From Eledone cirrhosa (taxonomy: Eukaryota): 64,000 nt of DNA. Location of the stretch: contig OZ024741.1 in the NCBI GenBank assembly GCA_964016885.1, positions 48,856,001 through 48,920,000 of the forward strand, given 5' to 3'. Numbering within the stretch: the stretch's first letter is position 1; each line of letters starts with the position of its first letter. A program made the position numbers and the translations under genes. The notes beneath the pieces were generated by a model that saw nothing but the letters and a program-made list of their open reading frames with translations, was not told where the DNA came from and made no database searches. Shown here piece after piece: positions 12,259-23,888 of this stretch.

Positions 12259-12560
12259 AGTGACACGTTCTTCATCCCTAATTTAGTTACTTCGGCCACA
12301 AACCCCGGTACTGTGGCCCATAATGCAGGGGATAGGAAGACAAACAAATGCCGAGGTTTGTCCGGCCGCTTCCTCTTCGCACCGATTGCCATCAAGACCT
12401 TAGGCGTACTTGGACCCCGTACTGCCGAGTTCTTCCGTGAAATTGGATTGTCAGCAGTCTGTCCGAGGAAGGAACCTCGCGAGGTGGGTGGGAGTTGTTA
12501 CAGCGGGTGTCGCTGGTCATTGTCCATGGAAATGCCTTTGCAGCTTTGTCCGCGGGGAGC
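12259..12560 (+). mobile_element. Restriction-like endonuclease (RLE) C-terminal fragment of a CRE-like non-LTR retrotransposon
   Basis: DTFFIPNLVTSATNPGTVAHNAGDRKTNKC...FLFAPIAIKTLGVLG, then after a frameshift LQRVSLVIVHGNA. This matches the DT..AE..K..KY..F.P.A.ET.G..G..QR.S...RGNA pattern of CRE-type RLEs. Confidence 0.72.
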
Positions 12561-12892
12561 AACCCAAACACACCCAAACGCCACCCCGCTCTAGGCATAG
12601 AGCCCACCACACTTTCCTCTTCCCTTCCTTTTCTTCCGTGGCCTCATAGTCCTTGCTTTCCCCCTCCTTTTCCTTTCATTTATGGCATTTATAGCCCTTT
12701 CTCCTACTTTCCTATACAGTCAGATCTGCCTTTCTTTGCTTGGTTTCGTTTTTATTCCTTTTTTCTTTTTTCCTTTTCTTTCATATTTCCATCAATATTT
12801 GTAATGTTATTTATACAACTGTGATTTATTGTCTGTAATTCTAGATTGTACACTAAACAGTTGAGATATACGATAGACACATATCTGTAGAG

Positions 12893-13040
12893 GTCAACTT
12901 TACCTTTCATCCTTTCGAGGTCGATAAAAAAAGTACCAGTCTAGTACTGGGGTCGATTCTTCCTCTATATCTCTTTCTTATTTTCCTCTCTCTCACTTTC
13001 TATCTTCCTCTGGAAGAAATCTGCTGTACTCAGGCCTGGA
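12893..13040 (+). mobile_element. SINE 3' fragment with a Deu/Nin-like core
   Basis: tcaactttacctttcatcctttcgaggtcgataaaaaaagtaccag resembles the Deu/Nin SINE domain; a second copy lies at 22491-22620. Confidence 0.75.
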
Positions 13041-14522
13041 GAGTGATGGGTTAAAATGTCGATACGGCGCCCCTACGACTCCAGCAGGAGTTACGGGACC
13101 ATACGTATATATATATCTGTAAAAAAACATTTGACTGAACCTGAGTAATACTGTAAACTAACACACTGAAACATTTAAACCTTTTTTTTAAAACGTATTT
13201 CTCAATGGGCCGGAAAAAAAGAGGGGGGGGGGGATCTAACATTAATTTTGATCTAAAATGTAAGTATATAACTATTTGGTTTGAGAAAACCTAGCAATAA
13301 ACAATGTCAAATTAAGCCAGACGATCATATGACAATACTCCTCTTGATGGTATTTAACTATTATGGTCAATCACAGACTTGTCAACTCTCCATGTCCGAC
13401 GCGGAGATCACCCACCCACTTTGGGGTGGGTGAGAGATGTCTTCTCTTGTGAAAATGGGTATAGCTTTCATTATGTAAAATCTCTTATTTTGGGACACTT
13501 TTTTTCATGCTGCTCCTCGTTTGGGTTTTTAGAGGTTGGCACGTTTGCAATCATTATCTTATGATTGCATTAGGATTCTTCGCTTGCGCCTCTTGATCTT
13601 TTCTTAAAGATTGTCGTCTATTTAGAGATAAGTGAGATTATTTAATAACAAAACAATTCTATATTTCCATGTCAACAAATGCACAATCTCGTATATTTAT
13701 TTGGTGATTAATTTAACAGCATCTCGGCAAGTATGGTGGAAGTTATGCTTCTTTGATGATCCAAAAGAAGACTGTGTTCGCAATTGTCTGCCAACTCGCC
13801 AGAAACATGAAAATAATATCGTTGATTGACTAATATTGTTTTTTTTTTCTTTTTTCATCACATTTATTTTTAGTTAACTGTTTAAAGTTGCCTGTATTGA
13901 ATATATTACTTACAGTTAATTTCTTTAGTGGGTTATTCATGGCGGAAGTTTGATCAAATTTTAATGAAAGTAGGGAATATCGTCGGTACAGTGAACTTGA
14001 TATCATTATCTGAGTCCATAAATTAAAAATACTAATTCTATACTATAATTGAGTCGCCTGCTTGATGTGAACGTACAACTAACAAAGGCTTATTTAAAGT
14101 TGTTGGAGCATAGCTTAATTAGCGTCTCTAGAGCCACAATAATCGGAAAGAAAGAACATTCTCGAAGGATAATACTTTCTGTTTTATTTTTATCCCAAAG
14201 GAATATTAAATTTATAACCAGGTACGGATCCATTTATTTAAGGGTTTTAACTATATTGTTCGGGTCATTGGGTCACGAACACGATTTATGTTGCAGGCTA
14301 CATCGAGTAAAAGGCGACTTGGTTTCGAATTCCAGAGGAAACTTCACTAATATACTTTAGAAAGATTAGAAAGATATACACATCACACTCTCTTATTCAA
14401 TTATCTCTATAAATGTGTGTATTTGTGCTTATACAAAATATTCCTCATTAGGTGGGCAATAAAAAAAGAATTGTATTCATGTGTCTGAGTATAGAATGGT
14501 ATATATATATATATATATATAT

Positions 14523-14736
14523 GTGTGTAGATAAATCTACCAAAATATACGGTAGTGTCCAATCCGTATGAAGAACTCAATGTAATCCAAATATCATGAA
14601 AAGATAAGATGCATTCAAAAATTTTCGATGAAAATCATAGGAAAACAGAGTCAAGATAAATTAATAAAAACAATGAATAAAAACAAAGAACAAGTTCCTT
14701 ATATTACAAAAATTCATCATTTTACGATCGTTTCTA
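14523..14736 (-). mobile_element. PLE-like pLTR remnant between (TA)n tracts, starting at a hammerhead 3' half
   Basis: Minus strand begins ta GAAA cgatcg TA (14723-14734) directly after TA repeats and ends at the (TA)n at 14500-14522. Confidence 0.5.
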
Positions 14737-15796
14737 ATATATATATGTGTGTTGGTATGTATATTATATAGATCTATGTAAAAATATTACAAACTATCAG
14801 AGGAAATATACATACCTTCACATATATATGCTGTCTTCATATATATATATAGATGTGTTATTCTTAGTAGCGCCACGAGTGACCAGTTCTGTAGAAAGAT
14901 GTGGTAAGAACATCGAAAACAACTTTGGCTTGTTTTACATTATTTATTAACATACATGTTGGCTAGTGATTTCACGACGAAAGAAATTTAGTTGTTTACC
15001 TTTTTACAGTCAGGATGCGAGAGACAGATTTCTCAAATCAACGCGGGAATTTTTCCCTCAGGGCGCGTAGAGATACATTCTCTTCTACTGGCGCTGATTG
15101 GCTGAGCTGAGCCAAATCACGCACAGAGAATGTATGTGAGCCCGCGGAATGTAGGTCACTACAAGTGTTTTACAGAAGGACGCTTAGGATCATAGAAATA
15201 TTGGAAAAATCTTCAACGCCAGGTTAAAAAAAAAGATTATTCAACTCTTAACATCTGGTAGATATTTTGGTACTTTACATGTACTGTATCTATGTTTGGT
15301 ACTTCATATGTTGAACTTTGTTTGGTATTTCATATGTATTATATCTCTGTTTACCTTTACTTGGTACTTCATATGTACTGTATCTGTTGTTGACTTTTGT
15401 TAGTCAAGCCATCATAGTTATTCTTATTTTTTGGTGGATTTTAAAACTAGGATAGTTGTGTTGTCAACAAATGTGTTTTTATCTAATGTTATTACATGTA
15501 CAGTGTTGCAAAGTTTAAAGTGTCTTTTCATCTGATCTTTCTTTTCTCGACCTATTTTGTATTCCACAATCTTCTGAAGACTCAAATGGTAACATTATGT
15601 GTATTATCCTTTCTTCTATCATCTAAATATATTTTATTAATACATATTTTTAAAAAATCGTAAACAAATCTATTTCAAATATCAACAACAACACTACAGA
15701 TGTTAAAAACGGGAAATGAAGGGAAGGGATAGGGCTCTAGGGTCAGAGAAGAATGGGAGGGGGACGAGGGAGGGGAGATTGATGGGCTTTATACAT

Positions 15797-15830
<34 letters not shown>

Positions 15831-15836
15831 GTATGT

Positions 15837-15894
15837 ATGTAAAAGGTAAACAGAAATAACAACTCTCTCTCACACATACACACATATATATAAA

Positions 15895-15943
<49 letters not shown>

Positions 15944-15980
15944 GTGTGTGAGAGTTGTTATTTCTGTTTACCTTTTACAT
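15837..15980. repeat. 31-bp perfect inverted repeat enclosing a CA/TA/TG microsatellite
   Basis: atgtaaaaggtaaacagaaataacaactctc (15837-15867) and its reverse complement (15950-15980). Confidence 0.92.
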
Positions 15981-16095
15981 ATATATATATATACACACAT
16001 ATATATAGATATAAATATATGTATATATCTATAAATATATGTGTATATATATATATATATAAATATATGTATATATATATATATATATCAATATA

Positions 16096-16127
<32 letters not shown>

Positions 16128-17294
16128 CAGGGTGCGGACGGTATTTGAGGACAGATTTAAGGTTAAAAAAAAAACGCTTATATAATAACAGAAAAAAACT
16201 GTATTCTTATAAAAATAACATAAACATAAAGTTAAATTATCAATTTAATAATTTCATTCAATAAAGCCACCATAAACATCAATAACTGCCTATACACGGG
16301 GTCGAAATCGTTTGCAAGCTCGGATTAAGAGGTCCTTGTTCATATCGGACATGACTCGAACTATGGCGGCTTTCAAAGAATCTATGGTGCTAGGGGGGTG
16401 TTCATTGACATTTTTTCTCAACGATGCTCCATACATAGTATTCCAGTGGATTGAGATCTGGAGAATTAGGAGGCCAAATGTTGGGGGTGATGTGATCATG
16501 CAAATTGTCAGCCATCCATTCTTGTGTCAATTGAGCTTTGTGTGATGGTGCAGAATCTTGTTGAAAGACATAAGGCCTTCCATTGCATACACTGTTGATC
16601 TAAGGCTTAACAACCTTTTCCAGAATCTCAATATACGCAGCAGCATTCACCCTAAGGCCTTGTGGAAAAAAGTGAGGAGGCATCACATGTCCTTCATTGT
16701 TAACAACACCCAAAACCATGACACTTGCAGAAAATTGTGTGTGCATTACTCTTGGAACCTCTGAAAGGTCTGCACATAGTCACCTGTCATTTCTTCTGTT
16801 AGTTTTGTGGTCCTGGTCAAATATTTTTCTCATCTGAGAAAAACTAAATCACATCATCTTCTGATGGATTTTTAAGTTTGTTTAAAAGTCTTTTGGATCT
16901 GATTAAACGCTTTTCTTTTGTTTTTTTCTGACATGAATTGACCTCTCCTCACCACGTAAGATTTGTATCTGATGTCTTCATGCACAACATTTCTGATTGT
17001 TTTTTCTGACACACCAAACTGTTTTTCAATTGACGTCATTGATTTTCCTGGATTGTCATCAATGTTTTGCTTAACTTCCTGAATAAATTCAGGTGTCCTG
17101 ATAGAATCAGAGCGTTTGGAATGTTTTTTACGTCTTGATGCAGGTAATACGCTTCCATCTTCTTTCTCTAACTCATCCCGAATCTTGTGGACAAACGATC
17201 TTGCAACTTTCAGAAAACGAGAAATTCCTAAATCCCCATGCTTAGCCTTCAAAGCCACAATCATAACATGCCTTTTCATTTCATTAGTAAGCAT
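16128..17294 (-). mobile_element. Tc1/mariner-superfamily transposon (maT/DD37D-like) with one TIR retained
   Basis: TA|CAGGGTGCGG terminus at 16128 and a transposase on the minus strand. The other terminus is not visible; it is replaced by a microsatellite at about 17295. Confidence 0.9.
16254..17294 (-). pseudogene. DD37D/E transposase pseudogene with frameshifts and an internal stop
   Basis: N-terminal HTH region (ORF 16872-17294), FSDEK, YVFQQDSAPSH, WPPNSPDLNPLEYYVW and [20 protein letters not shown]. There are 37 residues between the second and third catalytic positions. Confidence 0.92.
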
Positions 17295-17295
17295 A

Positions 17296-17363
<68 letters not shown>

Positions 17364-17370
<7 letters not shown>

Positions 17371-17735
17371 GTTTGTATATGTATAATAAAGCCAAAACAA
17401 TGCAGGTATGGACATAGAATAAAGAATGCAAATGCAAAAGATATTGTACCTTAGATTTATTTAAATGTCCTTAATTTTCGAGATAATATCTCTTCTTCGG
17501 AGGGAAGTAAAGCGGTTAAACCAGTGTTCTAAATAGCTTGCCAAGTCTATTTAGAACACTGGTTTAACCGCTTTACTTCCCTCTGAAGAAGAGATATTAT
17601 CTCGAAAATTAAGGACATTTAAATAAATCTAAGGTAAAAGACTAATTGTCAACAATATCTTTTGCATTTGCATTCTTTATTCTATGTCCATACCTGCATT
17701 GTTTTGGCTTTATTATACATATACAAACGTTTATA
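17364..17735. repeat. ~370-bp palindrome flanked by (TA)n, with hammerheads in both arms
   Basis: Centre near 17541 (aaatagcttg-c-caagtctattt). The right arm has 16 extra bases near 17637-17652 and extends to 17776 before (TA)n. Confidence 0.95.
17580..17614 (+). ncRNA. Minimal hammerhead ribozyme motif (PLE-type)
   Basis: cct CTGAAGA a gagat-att-atctc GAAA at TA agg. The mirror copy at about 17468-17503 on the minus strand has CCGAAGA. Confidence 0.65.
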
Positions 17736-17773
17736 CCTCATTACACAATGCTTCAAGTGAACTATAACCTCCT

Positions 17774-17832
<59 letters not shown>

Positions 17833-17835
<3 letters not shown>

Positions 17836-18350
17836 TCATCATCATCATTTTACGTCCGCTATTTCCTGCTTGCAAGGGTGGGACGAGTCCTCTGTGAGCT
17901 TCAGCGATCTGAGGTTAGCTCTCACCACCTCCGTCCATGATTTTTGTGGTTTTCCTCTACTGTTTCTTCCTACCCAGCAGTCATCCTCCATGCGCATCAC
18001 ATGTCCATACCAACGCAGTCTTCTCTCCCGCCTACTACAGTTTATCCCTCTTATACACAGATTCACTCTCAAGTCGCCCATGCTTGGTCGTTCACACACA
18101 CTGACATTGCACTTCCATCGGAGCATGCTTGCTTCATTTCTCTCCCGCCGTCCGTCGCATATCCTCCGCAGTTGCTGCCCATATCTCACTACCATGCAGC
18201 ATCGCGCATTTCACACAGGCATCATATAACCGACCTTTCGTTCGTAGAGAGAAACCCTTTGTTGTCAACAGAGGAAGCAGCTCCCTAAACTTCTTCCATC
18301 CTGTCCTTATTCTCGATACTATGGCCTCGGCGCATCCTCCTCCCTTGCTA
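17833..18350 (-). mobile_element. RTE-clade LINE 3' fragment (second family) with (ATG)n tail
   Basis: ORF 17845-18195 reads EASMLRWKCNVSV...RRLRWYGHVMRM...RGKPQKSWTEVVRANL; the catcatcat tail lies at 17833-17848. Confidence 0.9.
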
Positions 18351-18369
18351 ATATATATATGTGTAAAAG

Positions 18370-18466
<97 letters not shown>

Positions 18467-18489
18467 GTATTTTTTTTAACCGTTGATCA

Positions 18490-18787
<298 letters not shown>

Positions 18788-19188
18788 TAACAGATTAAAG
18801 TTTAAGCTAAGAATCGCTGCTTTCACCCTTAACGGGATCTTCTGCTCTACGGTTCTTATATATTTGATATATATTTATCCTTATCGAGCCCTCTTTGGAT
18901 TTTAGTCTTCAAATTTATTATTATTACTATATATATATATATATATATATATATTAGGTATAGGATTATCCTAGATGTAGTAATGATTAATTACTACACT
19001 AGATATGGTTGACGTACGGTGAGAGGTTACTCAACGAGTTATGGAAGAATTATTGAAGAAACTTAGTTCCTGATCCTTCTGTTGTAAATTTGCACATAGC
19101 ATAACTAGGCTGTATTACCACCGTGGAAACATTTGTAAGCACACGGAATAAATTACCTTTTTATGATGTCTACCTGTTATTATTCATT

Positions 19189-19264
<76 letters not shown>

Positions 19265-19440
19265 GGAGGCTTAGTAAAATCGAATCTTTGACGGTGTGCA
19301 AGCAAATTCGACCTACGATATGAATGAGTTAGCAAAGCACTCGACAAGGGTAGATCCTTAGAGTAATAACATACGTTTAAATTGCTTGACAAATTGAACA
19401 TTGTGGTAGGCAAAATCTAACACACTATACCAAAGTAACG

Positions 19441-20294
<854 letters not shown>

Positions 20295-20372
20295 ACCCAA
20301 ATATTTGTTACAACTCTATCATACAAGTATAATGATGTCTCTCTCTCTATCTATCTATCTATCTATCTATCT

Positions 20373-20752
20373 GATTCTTTTTTTCAAATACCACTTTGGA
20401 AGAAGAATCAGGATGGAGAGAGAGGTGCTGTACCCCAGCAAGTTTTATGAAAGGTGGGTGAAAGTGGCGAGAATGGCCCGAGTGAATGGGCCTTCTCTCT
20501 ATATCAGCCTGTAGGTTGAGGAAAAGGAGGAGGAGAGGAAAGGAGTACAAGCTCTTCGTACTCCTGGAGATGAGGGTTGCACATTTTTTTCGGGGGTCTG
20601 TGTTACCCATATAAACTGTCTCCCTCTATTGGGGAAAATCGACTAACTTTTAAATTCCATCTGTGATAACATTTTACACGTTTTTATTGTATGTAAACTT
20701 CCCCCTTTGTATTTGTCCCCTTCTTTTGTGCCCCTGTGGCTAATAAAGAAAT
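20373..20752 (+). mobile_element. L1/Tx1-like LINE 3' end flanked by (TATC)n
   Basis: ORF end [32 protein letters not shown]...L* resembles the L1/Tx1 ORF2 terminus (F..RW). A 3' UTR and AATAAA at 20742 follow, with (TATC)n on both sides. Confidence 0.6.
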
Positions 20753-20919
20753 ATATCTATCTATCTATCTCTCTATATATATAATTAAAAAATGACAACA
20801 CACAGATACAAAACAATTATACATACACACACACATACCCTCACGCAACACAAATCTCTCTCTCCCTATATATATGTATGCGTATGTATATATATATATA
20901 TATGCGTATATATATATGC

Positions 20920-20974
<55 letters not shown>

Positions 20975-21086
20975 AGGAGTAACTTTCTATCACTTGTGAG
21001 CTGACTTCCGGATATACAACATACGGTTATTATCTTGATAATCATGAAACAAAACCATAACAGAACAGTCTTTATTCTACAAACGG

Positions 21087-21260
21087 TATTGTCGTTGATG
21101 TTGTTGTTGTTGATATTGATGATGATGATGATGATACTAATGTCGTTGTTGTTGTTGTCACTGATGATGATGATACTGATATTGTTGTTGTCTTGTTGCC
21201 ACCACTGTCTCTCATGATAATACTGATGTTGGTGTTGTTGTTGTTGTTGTTGTTGTTGTT
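21087..21260. repeat. (TTG)n/(TGA)n trinucleotide repeats
   Basis: Direct inspection. Confidence 0.9.
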
Positions 21261-21320
21261 AATGCTGTTGACATGAAACTGGATTGAAATTTTAAATTCT
21301 CTCACAAGGAAACTGTTGAC

Positions 21321-21680
21321 CTTCTTCTTCTTCTTCTTCTTCTTCTTCTTCTTCTTCTTCTTCTTCTTCTTCTTCTTCTTCTTCTTCTTCTTCTACTCCA
21401 AACGCGACCAGCCAAATTCATGTTATCCAACCATCTTGCTCGAGGTTTAATCTTGGGTCTCTTACCGGTTGGTTTTGTCCGTCAAATCTGTCTAGCGAGT
21501 TTTTCCTGAGACAGTCTAAGCACATGCCCATAGTATCGGAGCTATGATCTCTCACTTGGAAGAAATAGCGGTTCTACTTGGAGCGGCTCTCTGATCTTCG
21601 AGCTACACACTCCATCGAGTGACGTTACTCCAAAGACTCTTCGGGGAAACTCCATTTTGGCCGCTTGTATTTGTGATCAT
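21321..21680 (-). mobile_element. RTE-clade LINE 3' fragment with expanded (GAA)n tail
   Basis: Reverse-complement homolog of 11286-11540; (CTT)n at 21321-21394. Confidence 0.88.
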
Positions 21681-21685
21681 ATTTT

Positions 21686-22488
21686 TTCTAGAACTAAATT
21701 ATCTAACGTATCCTTGCTTTTCTAGATATAATATATCTATCACTACATTATCTAATGGTTCCTTGCTTTTATCTAAACTATAAGAAAGGGAGGAGTGCGG
21801 GACAGCGTCAAGAATATATTTTTTTTATCCCGTTTGTAAAGTAAGTTGGATTACTTTGAATAAATAATGAATGAATATTACATAATTTATCTACTAAATT
21901 TCGTTATTCTTGATTAAATATAAATCATTTTTTTGCTTATTTTAAGATTCACTTCTTTAAAATGTTCAAATGTCAACACTTCCGGTTAGCGATCGCTTAA
22001 ATAAACAGTCATATTTTTTCGTCAATGGATTACGTTACTGATTACATAAGACAGTGTAACGCAGTCTTCGTTCAATTTCTGTGTATATTGTCAATTACGA
22101 TTTTATTTGATGTATCATATCTACATGCATATATACTTGCGTATAATATCAATATGCACACTATACAGGCTAGCAGAAAACCACCCGAAGTGTGGTTTTT
22201 CTCCTAGTAGATATAATATATCTAGAACTGCATTTTCTAACGTATCCTTGCTTTTCTAGATATAATATATCTATCATTACATTATCTAATGGTTCCTTGC
22301 TTTTCTAGATATAATATATGTAGAACTACATTATCTAACGTATCCTTCTTGCTTTAAAAAAAAAAAAAATATATATATATATCTAGAACTACGTTATCTA
22401 ACGTGTTCTAGCCTTTCCTAGATCTAATATATAATATATCTAGAACTACATTATCTAACGTTTCCTTGTCTTTTCTAGATATAATATA
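21686..22488. repeat. ~49-bp minisatellite split by a Helitron
   Basis: Unit tctagaactacattatctaacgtatccttgcttttctagatataatata at 21686-21771 and 22208-22488. Confidence 0.9.
21772..22207 (+). mobile_element. 436-bp non-autonomous Helitron
   Basis: A|TC 5' end, subterminal hairpin aaaaccac-ccgaagt-gtggtttt (22177-22199), CTAG|T 3' end and no target-site duplication. Removing it restores the minisatellite unit. Confidence 0.88.
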
Positions 22489-22490
22489 AA

Positions 22491-22620
22491 TCAACTTTGA
22501 CTTTCATCCATTCCAGGTTGATAAAAAAGTATCAGTCAAGTACTTGGGTTGATTTTCCTCTGGATCTCACTTCAACTCTATCTTTCTCTGGAAGAAATCT
22601 GCAGTATTCAGACCTGGAGT
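22491..22620 (+). mobile_element. SINE 3' fragment with a Deu/Nin-like core
   Basis: Homologous to 12893-13040, including the downstream tctggaagaaatctgc...cctggag. Confidence 0.7.
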
Positions 22621-22722
22621 TGAGCCCAGCTATGAAATTGAACAAACATTCGTTCATTGATTCTTTCTTCACTTTCTTCTATGGTACCTAGGTGGACTTG
22701 TGGATATTGAGATATAAGTGCC

Positions 22723-22917
22723 TTTACCAGGTACCTATAACAACACTACTAAGGGGATATGAATTAGCGACTCCTTGGCTCAAACAATTTATCAGGTACC
22801 AATATCAGTGCTACTGATAGAATATGAACTAGCGACCCCTTACCTCAAACAATTTACTAGGTACCTATAACAGAGCTACTGAGAGGACACGAACCTGTGA
22901 CCCCTTGACTCAAACAA
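22723..22917. repeat. Three diverged 65-bp tandem units, possibly derived from a SINE head
   Basis: ttta..aggtacc...gaa...gac.cctt..ctcaaacaa starting at 22723, 22788 and 22853. Confidence 0.85.
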
Positions 22918-23026
22918 CAATATTATATTTGAAAGATGCTGATGTCGTATGTTATTTTAATGGCTATCATCTGCGTCAAAAGATAGGTTTAACAGATTTA
23001 TTATAATTACTGAATTCAATGCTTTG

Positions 23027-23040
23027 TTTTGTTGTTGTTG

Positions 23041-23104
<64 letters not shown>
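23027..23104. repeat. (TTG)n(TTA)n microsatellite
   Basis: Direct inspection. Confidence 0.95.
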
Positions 23105-23105
<1 letters not shown>

Positions 23106-23591
23106 TAATTTATGTATTTACCAATTTTCGGGCAGCTTCAGAAGATGGAAAGAAGCAGAAAAGAAAGAAGAAAACGACAGGGTAAAGAAGAGACAGAGAA
23201 GACAGAAAAAAGGCGTTTCAAAATATCTCTTAACACTCTAGCATATTTTTTTAATAAATATTATTAAAAAAAGAAAGAAAATGATAGCAGAGATGTGTCT
23301 TGAAAATGGATAACGTTTATTTAACCTGTGGGAATTGCTTGTCAACAACACCCAGAAAGAAATAGTTTCATATAAAAAGATATTTACTATAAAGGACGAG
23401 AAGAACCTAACATTCCTCTAATTCCAACACAAAAGACTCCATGCAATGGCTGTCGGGAAACGCGTCCATACAAGGAACAGATACATCTAGGTCGTATCTC
23501 TGCTATTCAATGCCACTGGGACTTGTTAAGCGGCTTAAGATTATGGGCAGTGTCTGGGAAAATTGGGAGTTCAATCTAAACGAAAAGAAAA

Positions 23592-23789
23592 TCACACGCA
23601 CATGCACGTACACACATACACACATACATACAAACATAGATACACATACATGGACACATACATACACAAAAACATACAAACATAAACATGTACAGGAACA
23701 AATACACATATATAAACACACACATACAAAAACACATATGCAAACACATCCACACACACATACACGCAAACGTCAATACACTCATCCAT

Positions 23790-23827
<38 letters not shown>
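23592..23827. repeat. Degenerate (CA)n
   Basis: Direct inspection. Confidence 0.9.
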
Positions 23828-23830
<3 letters not shown>

Positions 23831-23888
23831 TAAAAAACAACATCAAAATGGTATTGTAAAAAGTGTCATATAAGCAAATATTGACACC

